Source: Octopus vulgaris (taxonomy: Eukaryota). Taken from it: a stretch of 64,000 nt of DNA. The translations under genes and the position numbers were made by a program. This document shows, piece by piece, positions 43,568 to 56,987 of the stretch. The stretch lies in contig OX597815.1 in NCBI GenBank assembly GCA_951406725.2, forward strand, positions 197,346,001 through 197,410,000, given 5' to 3'. The stretch's first letter is position 1; each line of letters starts with the position of its first letter. The notes beneath the pieces were generated by a model. It saw nothing but the letters and a program-made list of their open reading frames with translations. It ran no database searches and had not been told where the DNA came from.

Positions 43568-43734
43568 TATATACGACGGGCTTCTTTCAGTTTCCGTCTA
43601 CCAAATCCACTCACAAGGCTTTGGTCGGCTCGAGGCTATAGTAGAAGACACTTAACCAAGGTGTCACGCAGTGGGACTGAACCCGGAACTATGTGGTTGG
43701 TAAGCAAGCTACTTACCACACATCCACTCATGCG
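43300..43734 (-). mobile_element. SINE family B
   Basis: Full head-core-tail match. Confidence 0.9.
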
Positions 43735-43765
43735 CATATATATAAATATATTCTTTTATTTCATT

Positions 43766-43935
43766 CTTTTTCTTGTTTCAGACATTTATTGCTGCCATGC
43801 TGGTGTACCACCTTTAGTCGAAAATATCGACTCCAGGATTTATTCTTCGTAAGCGTAGTACTTATTTTATCGGTCTCTTTTGCATAACCATTGAGTTTCG
43901 TAGACTTAAACACACCAACATTAGGTGTCAAGCGA
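43766..43935 (-). mobile_element. SINE family B 3' half, older copy
   Basis: Diverged tail match. Confidence 0.75.
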
Positions 43936-44154
43936 TGGAGCGGGCAGGGGTAGAACAACATAAACAGCCGCACACAAACACACACATCAACATATATATA
44001 TATATATATATATACATATATGTATATATGTATATATATGTATGTATGTATGTATATATATATATATATACATGTATATATCTTTATATGCATGTGTGTA
44101 TATATATATATACATAAATACATACATACACATATGCATGCATACATACATACA

Positions 44155-44194
<40 letters not shown>

Positions 44195-44288
44195 AAAAAA
44201 GGTTTGAAAATGCAATTTAAACGATGTTTATTTACTTAACCGGTTTCACTCTTTGGTAAAAGATTGTCAAAAGTTACATTTAAGGAAA

Positions 44289-44518
44289 CATTGAATAATA
44301 TGGGTTCAAAAAAAGTTTTTTACATAATTGTCACATTGAATATTATGCATTCAAAAAAGTTTTTTACATAATTGTCACATTGGATATTATGGGTTCAAAA
44401 AAAGTTTTTTACATAATTGTCACATTGAATATTATGCATTCAAAAAAGTTTTTTACATAATTGTCACATTGGATATTATGAATTCAAAAATGTTTTTTTA
44501 TACATAATTGTCACATTA
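44289..44518. repeat. 44/45-bp minisatellite, 5 units, alternating variants
   Basis: CATTG(A/G)ATATTATG(GG/CA)TTCAAAAAAGTTTTTTACATAATTGTCA at 44289, 44334, 44378, 44423, 44467. Confidence 0.9.
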
Positions 44519-45059
44519 TTTGGGAAAATTTGGCAGAAAAGGATAAAACAAATATATTATTGGGAATTGGTTGCGTTAATTATTGGTTGTCGCAAATTGT
44601 CACATTACATGTATATATATACAATCTTTGGTATATATATACAGCGTTTTGACAGCAAAAATTAAAATGGCTTTTTTGTACATCTCAGAATATTTTAAGT
44701 ATGTTTTTACTGACCTGTCGGTATTAGCAGAAAGGCTGAACTGAGAGAACAGAAGAAGTAGCCAATGTGGTGTATACTTCCCCTTTATGCATGAATGATT
44801 TTGGGGTTATCAGGAGGTTAGTATGCGGGTGTGAATAGATGTGTCCGTGCCTGCTTGTCAGACAGCGTCTGTTTGTCACACACATATATATACACACAAA
44901 CACACACACACACAACAACACACACACACACACATAGTATACAAACACACACCACATACAAACAACACACACACACACAGAACACCCACACCCACACACA
45001 ACGCACCCACATATATCACATATACACACAGCACACAAATATAACATGTATCTATATAT

Positions 45060-45118
<59 letters not shown>

Positions 45119-45687
45119 AGAACAATTTTACTTAGAAAGGGATGCGTGCGTTCTGCCATATAATATATTAATAAATAAAACATATGCATATATATATATA
45201 TATATGTTCGTACCTACCTCTACATATATATATACACGCATATATGAGTACAGGACACCAAAAAACGTCGAACACAATGAGAAACGAAAACATAGACACA
45301 AACCCAAGGAACTGGACATTTTTCTTAAACAACAACAAAAATAGAGTACAGGACAAATAACACAAGGAAAAAACCCTTCTTCAGTCGCCATGGTTTCATC
45401 TACTCTACGTTTCAAAGGTGAAGGCGAGAGGTATCTTCGATAGAAACTTTACTTCCTGCGAAAAGCAAATAAAAAAAATTGAGATCTTTTTGCAGAGGGG
45501 TAAAAATGGTAACAAAAACAGGACAGTAACGACAGTACAAAATATAAGCAGTAAAAGACAGGACAAGGAAAATAATATACATATATTTATGTATATATAT
45601 ATATGATGAGACAGTAATCTAGTAGCTCTGCATCGTCAAGATTTGAAAAAAGTGAAAGGGGTACCATGAACTTGCCGTGAGGAGTGG

Positions 45688-45730
45688 AATATCCAGTATT
45701 TCAGATTTAATCCTTCGTCAGGGGGATATA
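45688..45730 (-). ncRNA. Hammerhead-like motif in pLTR (degenerate)
   Basis: Minus ATATCCCC-CTGACGA-A-GGATtaaATCT-GAAATACT-GGATAT. Confidence 0.5.
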
Positions 45731-47264
45731 AAGAGAACATAAAGATAAAAAAGTCAAACAGTGTTTATATCCTCTCAGCTTGAAAATCTGGCTGCGACTG
45801 ATAATTTGACGCAGATTAACACTAGCTGCTAACGTGAATGAGAAGTTATAGGAGGGGGCGTGCAGAAAGGAGAAGAAAAAGGATGATGGAGAGAGTGGAG
45901 GTAACTAAATACGGGAATGTTGCAGAGAGAGGGCTTAAGGAGGATTAAAAACGGTAAAGAAAGAATTAAGAGAAAGGATGAAAGGAAAAATGTTAATTCA
46001 TACCCGTTGGGGACATAGTGCCAAGATCAAATACGAGACGTTGCTCCTTTTCTTTCCTAGAGAAGTGGAGTCCGTGGTGCAAGCCCATGCCACACACTGA
46101 AAACTCTACAATAGAATGATTAACAGTGTTGAAGTGGTTGCGACAACTTGGCCTGGCATACGAAATATTATGATTCTGATGTGTTCGGGAAAGCGATCTC
46201 CAAGTCGTCGCCCTGTTTCTCCAATGTAAAGAGCACCGCAGTGTTTGCATATGATGCAATATATGAAATTCACCGATGGGCAACAGAAATGGTGAGATAT
46301 ACGATATTGCTTCTTGGGTCCCGTGATGGTGGTAATATTGTTGATGTAGGGGCATATGTTACATCGTCGGCGAGAACATTTAAAGATTCCTGGTTATGCA
46401 GAGCTGGGAGCAGTGAAGCTTCCAATAAGGAGATTTTTAAGACTTCATTCTTTTTAAAAAGGCAGAAGAGGTGGTGTGTAAATGATAGGGGAGGTTGTTT
46501 GGTCAGAAACAAAAATGCGAAAGTTGTGGATGAGTGCATGCTTTAGAGGGAGGATGGACGGGTGGCAGGTGAGAGAGAGTGGAATACGGTCGGTGGAAGT
46601 GCGTGAAGATGGTAGGAAAGCTAATGTGCAGTTGATGGCTCGGTCTCGTTGAAGTGCCGGGTTGACAAGTGATGGAGGATACTACAAATTCCTTGAAGGC
46701 GAAGAAATTTGAGAAAAAGGTATGGCAGATTTAATGTGTTTAGGGGTGAGAAGAAGAGTAGTGGAAGTAGGATTGGGAGTCAGTAGGTTTATAGTAAAAA
46801 AATGTGGAGAGGTGCGTATTTTGTATCTTGATGAAGATGTCCAGGAAACAAACAAAAGTATCAGATATGGTGTGGGTGAATTCCAAGGTTGGGTGAGAGG
46901 TGTTAACAAAAGAAATAAAATCGTTGAGCTGTTGTCTGTTAAGGCTTTTGGTGCTAATGCAGTCGTCAATCTATCGACCATAAAGCTCTGGGATGGGTCC
47001 AAGGAAGTGAGCAAAGATTTGTTCATCTACATAAACTAGAAAGAGGTTGGTACAACTGGGGCCCATCCTGGTGCCCATATCAACACCGCTAAACTGCTTA
47101 TAGAATTCACCAGAGAAGGAAAAATAATTGCGTGTTAAGACGAGTTCAGCAAGGCAAAGGAGTATATTAGTGCTACGTCCCTTATCAGTTGCATTATCCG
47201 TTTTTCAAGCTGAGAGAATGTAAACTCCGTCTGACTTTTTTTCTCTATATCTTCTGTTTTTCTC

Positions 47265-47303
47265 TGCCCCCTGACGAAGAATTGAATCCGAAACGTTGGA
47301 TAT
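47265..47303 (+). ncRNA. Hammerhead-like motif in the inverted pLTR
   Basis: CCCC-CTGACGA-A-GAATtgaATCC-GAAACGTT-GGATAT, with palindromic AACGTT stem III. Confidence 0.6.
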
Positions 47304-47329
47304 TCCACTCCGCACCATAAGTTCAATAA

Positions 47330-47872
47330 GTATCAAGACTGTTGCCATAGTAGCGAAGTTAAAGCTCGGCGCAGATTGACTTTGAACTCAGCTGTGCATA
47401 CACCCTAAGTTCTAACGCTCTGGCTTACTTCCGTTGTCTGCAGCAGTGCTTGGAAAGATCGTGTGTAGTGTGTGATCGTCGCATTGACCATGACAGAGAA
47501 AGTTGAGCAGAGAATCTGCATTAAATTTTGCCAAAACTTGGTGATACCTGCTCAGAGGCCTATGCAAAATTTTCAAACAGCTTTCATCTTTCTTGACACA
47601 ATCAAGGAGATCTTGTTCAACTGAAACCCGAGTATCTCTGAAAGCAGTTTTGGTATAAACTTGACAGACTCACGTCTCATACTCAAATCGTCAGTGATAA
47701 TGGACTGAACAGAATCATAGCTAATCTGCACAACCTCTGATGACACACGGATGGTGATTCGACGATGTTTTACTGGTTACGTGTCTCCCAGAACGTTCGT
47801 CAATATTAACATTTTTCGGCCATCTTGAATCGTTTGAACCACTGGTACACTTGTGTGCAGCTCATACACTCC
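47330..47872 (+). mobile_element. mariner transposase 5' relic with an internal inversion
   Basis: Plus MTEKVEQRICIKFCQ near 47490. The continuation ECMSCTQVYQWFKRF..DERSGR..RRITIR..KFIPKLLS lies on the minus strand at 47580-47872. Confidence 0.75.
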
Positions 47873-47944
47873 CATCCATACACTTGCAAATCTGCGAAAG
47901 CCTATGTGCAGGTATCGCCATGGCAACTTTGTATGTCAGGTAAA

Positions 47945-48313
47945 TTACGCGGACGTAAATACACCAGCATCGGTTGTCAAACGATGGTGGAGGGAAAAAC
48001 ATAAACACACATACGCATGTACACAATAGGCTTCTTCCATTTTCCAGATCCACCCACAAGGTCTTGGTCGGCCCGAGGCTATAGCAAGAGACATATGCCG
48101 AAGGTGCCACGCAGTGGGACTGAACCAAGAACCATGATATTCGTAAGCAAGCTACTTAACACAGTTACTCCTGAGCCGAGCTTCTTTCAGTTTCCGCCTG
48201 CCAAATCCACTTACTGTCGGCCCAAGGCTACAGTAGAAAACACTTGCCCAAGGTGCCACGCCGTTGGTTTGAAACCAAAACGTGGTGGTTGGGAAGCAAA
48301 CCTTTTACCACAC
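47945..48313 (-). mobile_element. Two adjacent partial SINE family B copies
   Basis: Head/core matches at 47945-48172 and 48176-48313. Confidence 0.8.
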
Positions 48314-48324
48314 ATGTCTCTCTT

Positions 48325-48357
<33 letters not shown>

Positions 48358-48497
48358 GTGTGTGTGTGTGTATGTGTGTGTATGTGTATGTATGTGTGTA
48401 TACATACGTAGAGAAAGAGAAGAGGTTGAGTGATTGGAATTGATATACACACATATGCTCACATTTACACACACACACGCACACATACGCACACCCA

Positions 48498-48552
<55 letters not shown>

Positions 48553-49169
48553 GAAATATGGACACAAGCATGCACACATATATCTCTTTCAACTGTATGT
48601 CTGTACGTGTGCAGTACTACATATATATATAAGCATTTGAAAGGAATATTGATAAGGTAAGTTGCATAGACCTGTAATTACATCTTCGTACCTTATGCGG
48701 CAATGTATTTGATAATGCTATTTCATATTTAAGTTTACCGGATTTAATTTCCAGAAACAGAAAACACCTGTTGAACTATCACACTATACACAATAAGTAA
48801 TATAATCCAGATGCTATCAAGACGGAGGCTTTATGATATATTAGAATTTTGTCTGATATAAATGAGCTAAGATTATGTATAAATGGTTCTCCAAAATATA
48901 TGACTTAATTGTTGCCGAAAATCCAATATAATTTCGAAAGTGTAAGTAATATCGCGATGAAAAGTTAAGAAACGTATGATCTTTGGAGAAATGGATATAC
49001 TTTTCCATTGATATCCAACGCTCCCGTTACTGTATTAGAAAATATGTGATATAAGGAAATAAATTGCCTCATACACCTGCATCAAATAGTAAGTTAACGT
49101 CTGAAGTGGGGATTATCAGCTATGTAATTATATTGATGCGCATCAGATCGATGTACAGAGAAACAACCA

Positions 49170-49314
49170 CCAGGAGTGGCTGTGTGGTAAGTAGCTTGTT
49201 TACCAACCACATGGCTCTGGGTTCAGTCCCACTGCGTGGCACCTTGGGCGAGTGTCTTCTACTATAGCCCCGGGCCGACCAATGCCTTGTGAGTGGTCGA
49301 AGAAGTTCGTCGTA

Positions 49315-49380
<66 letters not shown>

Positions 49381-49592
49381 TGTGTGTATTTGTGTGTGTC
49401 CCCCTAGCATTGCTTGACAACCGATGCTGGTGTGTTTATGTCCCCGTTACTTAGCGGTTCGGCAAAAGAGACCGATAGAATAAGTACTGGGCTTACAAAA
49501 GAGTAAGTCCTGGGGTCGATTTGCTCGATTAAAGGCGGTGCTCCAGCATGGCCGCAGTCAAATGACTGAAACAAGTAAAAGAGTAAAGAGTA
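49170..49592 (+). mobile_element. SINE family B
   Basis: Head-core-(TA)n-tail match. Confidence 0.9.
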
Positions 49593-49714
49593 AAGGGAGT
49601 ATGTTTGTATATATAACTATCATATATGTGTCTATGCCTGCATCTATATTTTTTACAGAAACATTCACATGTTCATACACATGTATACATTCTTAAATAC
49701 ATATATTATATGTT

Positions 49715-50020
49715 GTTATTTGTTCCTTCTCGAGCCATACCTGGCTCATAGGAGCCGGTTTCCCGGTTTCATTGGCGCATAGGTTCCCCACCTGGAAGGG
49801 GGCGCCGGTTCGTTACAGGTGGTCTGCTAGATGCAGGGGAAAAGAGTGAGAGAAAGTTGTGGCGCAAAGGTCAACAGATGTTCGCCATTACCTTCTGCCG
49901 GAACCACGTGGATCTTAGGTTTTTCGCTCATAAACACACACATCACCCTATCTAAGATTCGAACACGCGGTCCCTGGACCGCGAGTCCACTGCTCTAGCC
50001 ACTAGGCCATATGCTTTCAT
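49715..50020 (-). mobile_element. SINE family C, tail type 2
   Basis: Reverse complement of 18104-18410. Confidence 0.85.
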
Positions 50021-50793
50021 ACATGTAGATATGTACGTACGAATTTAATTTATGACTAGTGACAGATTCTAGTGGATGATGGAGCCAAAAGGTTTGTTGC
50101 AACAGGGATGGGGAGTCTGTAGATTCCAATTATGTAGATAGTAGACAACCACAGGATATAGTCCATCCCTATCACTTTATCACATTATCACTAAACGCTT
50201 TATTTCATTCTTTAGTTTGTTTTTTTTTCTTTTTTTCTTCTTAATAATCTGAGCGTGAAAGATTTTATAGTTGACTGGACAATGATTTTTGCTTTAGTTT
50301 CCATTGATTTTGTAACAAATATTCTTTTTATCATACTTTTCTCAACTCTGAAATTTTATCTATGGGTTTAGCTTATTCTGCAAAATGGTGAAAATAGCAC
50401 TCTGCAGTAAGTATTCGCTCCTGTACGAATTGAAATGACAGTCTGATCGAACGAAGGCCTTATTCAAAATACTTACTTAAAACAAATACATTTTATTCCT
50501 TTGACGAATTGTTGTGATTAGGAAAATATGTAAAATTATTATCCCACCAAAGTACTACAGGTGTGACAAGGTTTGGAAACGATTGTAGTAATATGCAATC
50601 AAGAAAGATGTCTCATTAATTTTCCCGCATTTATCACTTAGTATGAACTCCATGGATACTGTGGTATTCTAAATGTATACCTGTAGCAGGTGTTATCCCC
50701 TGTACGAGAACATTCATCAGCCAATACCTATGGACAAGCTCTGTATAGCATACTACAAGATTCTTAAAACAAATTATATTCAACTATACTAAT

Positions 50794-50824
<31 letters not shown>

Positions 50825-50939
50825 CAAACGTACACACACACACGCATGCATACTGTGTGAACAGTTAGATGTACGCTCTACATAGATTATCATTAGCGAG
50901 AGGAAGAGGAAGAAAATAAGATAAGCTTTGGGAGATGGT

Positions 50940-50942
<3 letters not shown>

Positions 50943-51030
<88 letters not shown>

Positions 51031-51046
51031 ACTCACACACACACAC

Positions 51047-51099
<53 letters not shown>

Positions 51100-51127
51100 A
51101 CACGCACACACACACTCACACACTCAC

Positions 51128-51162
<35 letters not shown>

Positions 51163-51176
51163 CACACACTCACACA

Positions 51177-51262
<86 letters not shown>
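50943..51262. repeat. ~320-bp (CA)n
   Basis: Direct reading. Confidence 0.95.
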
Positions 51263-51266
<4 letters not shown>

Positions 51267-51525
51267 GCTTACATGTTTATCAGTTTATTGAATTGAGCCA
51301 GTTCTCAAAGTACGCGTATTATTAGACCCCCGCTGAATGACCATAATGCTTAGCAACTCCATTTAATATGTTGGAGCTCCCATAGAGATATGTTTGATAA
51401 ATGTATTAAGGATTAGAAAGATACCTGTAGGTTTTCTTTATTTAAAATTCTATTATTGGTTTTCTGAATTTCAATGTCTTATTTTGCCCCAATATCAGCA
51501 GTGATGTAATAGAAAATATACATAC

Positions 51526-51940
51526 GTACCTACCTACCTACCTACCTACCTACCTATATACCTACCTACCTACCTACCTACCTACCTACCTACCTACCTA
51601 CCTACCTACCTACCTACCTACCTACCTACCTACCTACCTACCAACCTACCTACTTACCTACCTACCTACCTACCTACGTATCTACCTACCTGCCTACCTA
51701 CCTACCTACCTACCTATCTACCTACCTACCTACCTACCTACCTACCTACCTACCTACCTACCTACCTATCTACCTACCTACCTACCTATCTACCTACGTA
51801 CCTACCTACTTACCTACTTACCTACCTACCTACATACCATCTTACCTACCTGTATGTCTGTCTGTCCGGCTGTCTGTCTTTCTGTTATCTATATATCTGT
51901 CAGTCTGCTGTCTATCTGTGTATCTGTCTATCTATCACTC
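51526..51940. repeat. (CTAC)n plus CTGT/CTAT compound tract
   Basis: Direct reading. Inverted copy at 52815-53053. Confidence 0.92.
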
Positions 51941-52171
51941 TATCTAACAACCTATCTATATGTGGTGTCTGTCTGACTGCCTGTCCTATCTGTGTATGTG
52001 TGTGTGTATTATGTGTGTATAAATATATGTATGAATGCACACACACATACACACACACACACATATATATGCATACATGTATAAACATGCATGTATAAAC
52101 ATATATGTATAAACATATATATATATATATATATATAACATATAATATAATATATAATATAATATAATATA

Positions 52172-52231
<60 letters not shown>

Positions 52232-52814
52232 TAAATTATTCTAAAATAAATGGAATATTTTATTAATTATTTTTGGTTAGTTGCATGCAATATTAAATTA
52301 ATTTCAATGTCTCTGATTAAACATTCTTTTGTGTTTTTCACTAATTCCGATATCAAGAATTCCATTATTGTAATGACTGTCTATCTCATGCGACTGCAAC
52401 GCATGAGGTTTCATTATTCATTTCACTTCTTTGATTGAACACCCCTGATATTCCTCTTATTAATAAATATCTGATTTCTTAATTGGCGCAGGTTTTGACA
52501 TTATATGAAAAAAAGAAAATAGAGAAGAGAAAAGAATAAATTTTAAGTTAAATGTATTTATTATTTTAATAGGAATGTAGCATGTTTTATTTCCGCTCAT
52601 ACCAATTAAAGTAAAACAATTTATCTTCACAATCGTAGGCAACATCATCGGGATAATAAGTGTGACGTTAACGACGACTACTGACAAGGTGTTGGTAGTT
52701 GTGATGATGATGATGATGATGCCTGTTGATTATTATGATGATGGTTGCGGTGGTGGTGGTGGTGGTGGTGACAGTGGATGGTGTTAGTTCGATATGTTGT
52801 CAGAGTGGTTCAGT

Positions 52815-53053
52815 TGATAGATAGATAGATAGATAGATACACAGATAGACAGCAGACTGACAGATAGATAAATAACTTGAAAGACAGACAGCCGGACAGA
52901 CAGACATACAGGTAGGTAAGTTGGTAGGTAGGTAGGTAGGTAAATAGGTAGGTAGGTAGGTAGGTCGGTAGGTAGGTCGGTAGGTAGGTAGGTAGGTAGG
53001 TAGGTAGGTATGTAGGTAGGTAGGTCGGTAGGTAGGTAGGTAGGTAGGTAGGT
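52815..53053. repeat. Inverted copy of the 51526-51940 compound tract
   Basis: GAAAGACAGACAGCCGGACAGACAGACATACAGGTAGGTAAG is the reverse complement of 51841-51882. Confidence 0.9.
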
Positions 53054-53562
53054 GGTGTCTGAGTGATAGTGAAGATGTGTTGAAAGACACCGGCATAAAT
53101 ATTTCCAATGTTGTGTCCATATTATGAGAATTACACTTATGTATTCTTGATTTCCAGCCAAACTACAAACACACGATAGCCTCTACTCGATCTGCTAAGA
53201 TAAGCATCAAAATGTCTTTCAAAGCTTATGTATTTTGTTTTCTCGGATAAAATTTCCCCCAGTCGAAACGTAAGGTAATCGTGTTTCGATTCCTCTTCAT
53301 TACTCTCATATGATAGTATACACTCTATAAGCTATAAAATGTAAGCGAAGATCGTAAAAGCTTAACGCGATTCTTCTATACACCACTGTGGAGTACATAA
53401 TCTCTCTTTTAGACTTTAACGTTGTTTCGATTGGTTAATATTTGGTTATATTAATATTTGGCCATATGACAGTCATTGTTATTTTATATTTTGACATCTC
53501 TTGTATATTCGGATGTGGAATTCATTGGTTGTTTCATGTAACCAGAATGCGATTATAATATA

Positions 53563-53928
53563 CTAGCAGTATCGCCCGGCGTTGCTCGGGTTTGTAAGGG
53601 AAATAACTATATAAGCATTTTTAGAGATGTAAAGTATAATAGCCATCTCAATATGGCTAACCACAAAGGGGAGGGGGTGTTACTGTAGCTTTTTACGTTC
53701 TGAGATTTAATAATAAATGTTTAGAGAGTTACTTCCCTTATATATGCCAAAAATGCATTACAAAATGGGAAAAATTGATGGTAATTTTTTTTTAAATCGT
53801 AGACACATCGTAGACGCGCGCTAATACAAAGAAGGGCTCGATATGAATCACGACCGCAAAATGTGGGAGTAGTTAGGAATCTAAATCGTAGGAGACAGAC
53901 AGCACACAACCTCTCTTTTATATATAAA
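53563..53928 (-). mobile_element. Non-autonomous Helitron (same ends as 24056-24445, different interior)
   Basis: A|CTAGCAGTATCGCCCGGCGTTGCTCGGG terminus with CCCG/CGGG hairpin. CACAACCTC..TTTATATATA at the other end. Confidence 0.75.
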
Positions 53929-55639
53929 TATTATTATAATTGAGTAATATTTGTATTCCACATATATTTGCTGTTAATGTGGAAAAAATTTTATCCACGA
54001 ATTTAAACAGGAAATCAACAATATCATTGGCTCACATACTCAGAAAGAAGTCATTCAAAATGCCCAAAAGATAGACTAAAAGAGCACCATTGGATAACCA
54101 ACAGATTGAACAAGAGTGTTTTTTATCTTGCCACCTTAAAAGAACTCAGGATTGCATCACTTTACCGAAATTTCTCTTTTCACTCCCAGCAGATGAATTT
54201 TGTTTCCAATCAGTATATCTCGAAGGACTCTACTTCGACATCCTTCATGTGTAGAGTTTGATATGCTCTTATTTGTACTCTAAAGTATTTATGTTACTTT
54301 TCTGATTACGATCCACTCCCCTTCTATATCCTCATCGCTTCCATACACTCTCATAAATTTCCGTAGTAAACTGACCGCTAATAAGTTGACAATTTTACTT
54401 CCTTCCAACCTGTCTAACATAAAGTGAATTTTACTATTTTCAATTTCACATTTACGATGCTCAAACTCCAAAGTTACACATATCTAGAAATTGCTTTCTC
54501 AAAAATAACATGTATCTATAACCCACCTAAATATATATTTGAACACTTTATGACTCGGAAGTCTTAAATCGAATGTCTACTTAAGCACATGCACACCTAT
54601 ATGAATATATGAATGTAAGTTTAAATGCGAATATGTAGAGATATATTTAACATTTGGTACTACCATAAAATATTGCGATATCTTAATTTAAATAAAACTA
54701 TACATATATCGATAAAAATCTAATATTTTAGCATCAATTGAAAACACTGCTTTTTTATTCAGAATGAGCTTTCCTTTGCAATGTTAATCTGAAAAACAAT
54801 TCTTAAGTATTTTCTCAATATATTAAAATCTATATTTGCTAAACTGTTCTCTGTTGTATTAATTATCACAGACAAGTGTTTTCTTCATTCGTAAAATTAT
54901 TATCGTCATAGGATAATTTGCATTTTTGTATTTCCTTTCACGTATTTGAAACATAAGGCAACGTGACCAAAGTACATATGTATTGAAAATGATTTTCTGT
55001 CACGATATTTGCATGAATACTGGTTGTTAAATCTAGTGAATTACTCAGCGGCGAACGTGTACCTTGATAAGTTCACCTTGCTGTACCATCATAACACTAT
55101 TCTGTAATTAAAACTTCTTGAATTTATCGGTAAGTGACGTTCTTTACAGGAGGTAACTACCTTTTATATGTCATAAACAGCATTAGTACGGATTTTAAAT
55201 CAGTATCGGAGAAAGTTAATTTCAATGTGGAACTATGCAAATTTTATGACGAGTATATTCGTTTTAATAAATTCTTATTGACATTATTGGCATTTACGTT
55301 AGCTCAATCCGTTTGAAGTATGCCTATGACAATAAATGTTTTAGTCTGGACATCAATGTATTTCATTTTTTGATAATAGATTTAAGATTACATTATATGA
55401 AATATGACTGATGTCTCGTTAAACTTTCTAGCAAGTGAAATTACAACGGAGAAGTGCCATTGTAGATCCTGTTTATTTTGTGAACTGCGAATCTCATAAT
55501 AACAATATATTTTATCCCCCAGAGAAATACATAAAAAACAACAAAATATTGATATAAGTAAGTCTTATACGGAACGGCCGTACGCCTCTCAATCTTATGC
55601 CTGTGTATTACATTTTGCAAAAGTTATTGATCAATACAA

Positions 55640-56070
55640 ATATCTCGGTTTGAAGGATAGCGAGCGCGGAGGGCTCAACTGGTTCTTCGTTTTGTTAAAC
55701 GACTTTGAAAGCATTGAAGGCAAAGTCAATCTCAGCGGAATTTGAACTCAAATCGTAAGGATAGATTAGATGTCAGGAAATGTGTACTAATGATTCTGCC
55801 AGCCCACCACCCTATTTACAAATAAGTATACTAATATATATTTCTTTACTACCCACAAGGCGCTAAACATAGTGAGGAAAAACAAGGACAGACAAACAGA
55901 TTAAGTCGATTACATCGACCCCAGTGCGTAACTGGTATTTAATTCATCGACCCCGAAAGGATGAAAGGCAAATTCGACCTCGGCCGAATTTGAACTCAGA
56001 ACGTAGTGGCAGACGAAATACGGCTAATTATTTCGCCCGACGTGCTAACGTTTCTGCCAGCTCACCGCCC
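55640..56070 (-). mobile_element. Tandem pair of SINE family A (old 55640-55812, younger 55841-56070)
   Basis: Both carry GCGGAATTTGAACTCA-like B-box region and TTCTGCCAGC head. Confidence 0.85.
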
Positions 56071-56796
56071 TATTTACAAATATGTATACTAATATAATCT
56101 TATCAACTGCCTGGAAACATCGTATTGAGCATGGAAAGCAGTATATAGTTATTGAATATTTCATTTGCTTACTGAAAGAAATTTGTTTCTATCATAATAA
56201 TAATTAAACGAAATATTCTCGTCCACGTTGCTTTTGACCTGAGATGTCTTTAGGGTGTCAAAACCCTTCATTCTGTGAATGAACTTTGCGTTCATCATTA
56301 CAAAATAAATGTAGTGAAATAATCGAATGCCTACTGCTCCGAGCTAATCACATGTCCACCCGTCGATAGTAAAACTGAGCCTGACAAAAACCGAACTGCC
56401 GTTGGTCATCTGCATTCCAAAGAAGTAATAGATCTGCAGTTTGTCTCTTAATACACGATACATACAGAATTTAGATTTGCTCAAATATATTAATTATAAA
56501 ACTAAGCATTTTAACCCCTTCCGAATATGTTACTTATATTACCATGCTCCACATTAAAACGATTATATTTTCTCAGTATAAGTTAAATTGGAAACATAAT
56601 ATATGGAAATAAGTTTAAAAATCCGAATTGTAACAATCACAAATATTAAAATAATGTATTAAATGATTTATATATTTTAATTACATGTATTTAATTCGAA
56701 GCGTGGGTGTGGTATCTTCAGAGTTACGTGATATTATTCGTTAAAATCTGGACAACTAAAATATTTCTGTCAGTCTATCTCTCTCTATATGTAAGC

Positions 56797-56896
<100 letters not shown>

Positions 56897-56987
56897 TCTG
56901 ACTGCATCTTTCTCCCTCTTTTGTCTCTCTCTCTCTTTATGTTTATATCAGAAGAACGAAAGCAAATCTTAATATTCCACAGCCCCA

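Larger units (their letters stand above)
45660..47326 (-). mobile_element. Penelope-like (Neptune-type) element: partial RT, GIY-YIG EN and inverted pLTR copies
   Basis: Minus frames FYKQFSGVDMGTRMGPS, YGR*IDD, FLDI, YYKPTDS, CKHCGALYIGETGRRLGDRF.EH, EQRLVFDLGTMSPTGMN. 45660-45825 (minus) is mirrored at 47161-47326 (plus). Confidence 0.9.

Noticed and set aside
45250-45560. Minus-strand GAAACGTA and CTGAAGA motifs in a (TA)n-flanked insert
   Set aside because: I could not fold these into a consistent hammerhead topology because stem I does not pair.
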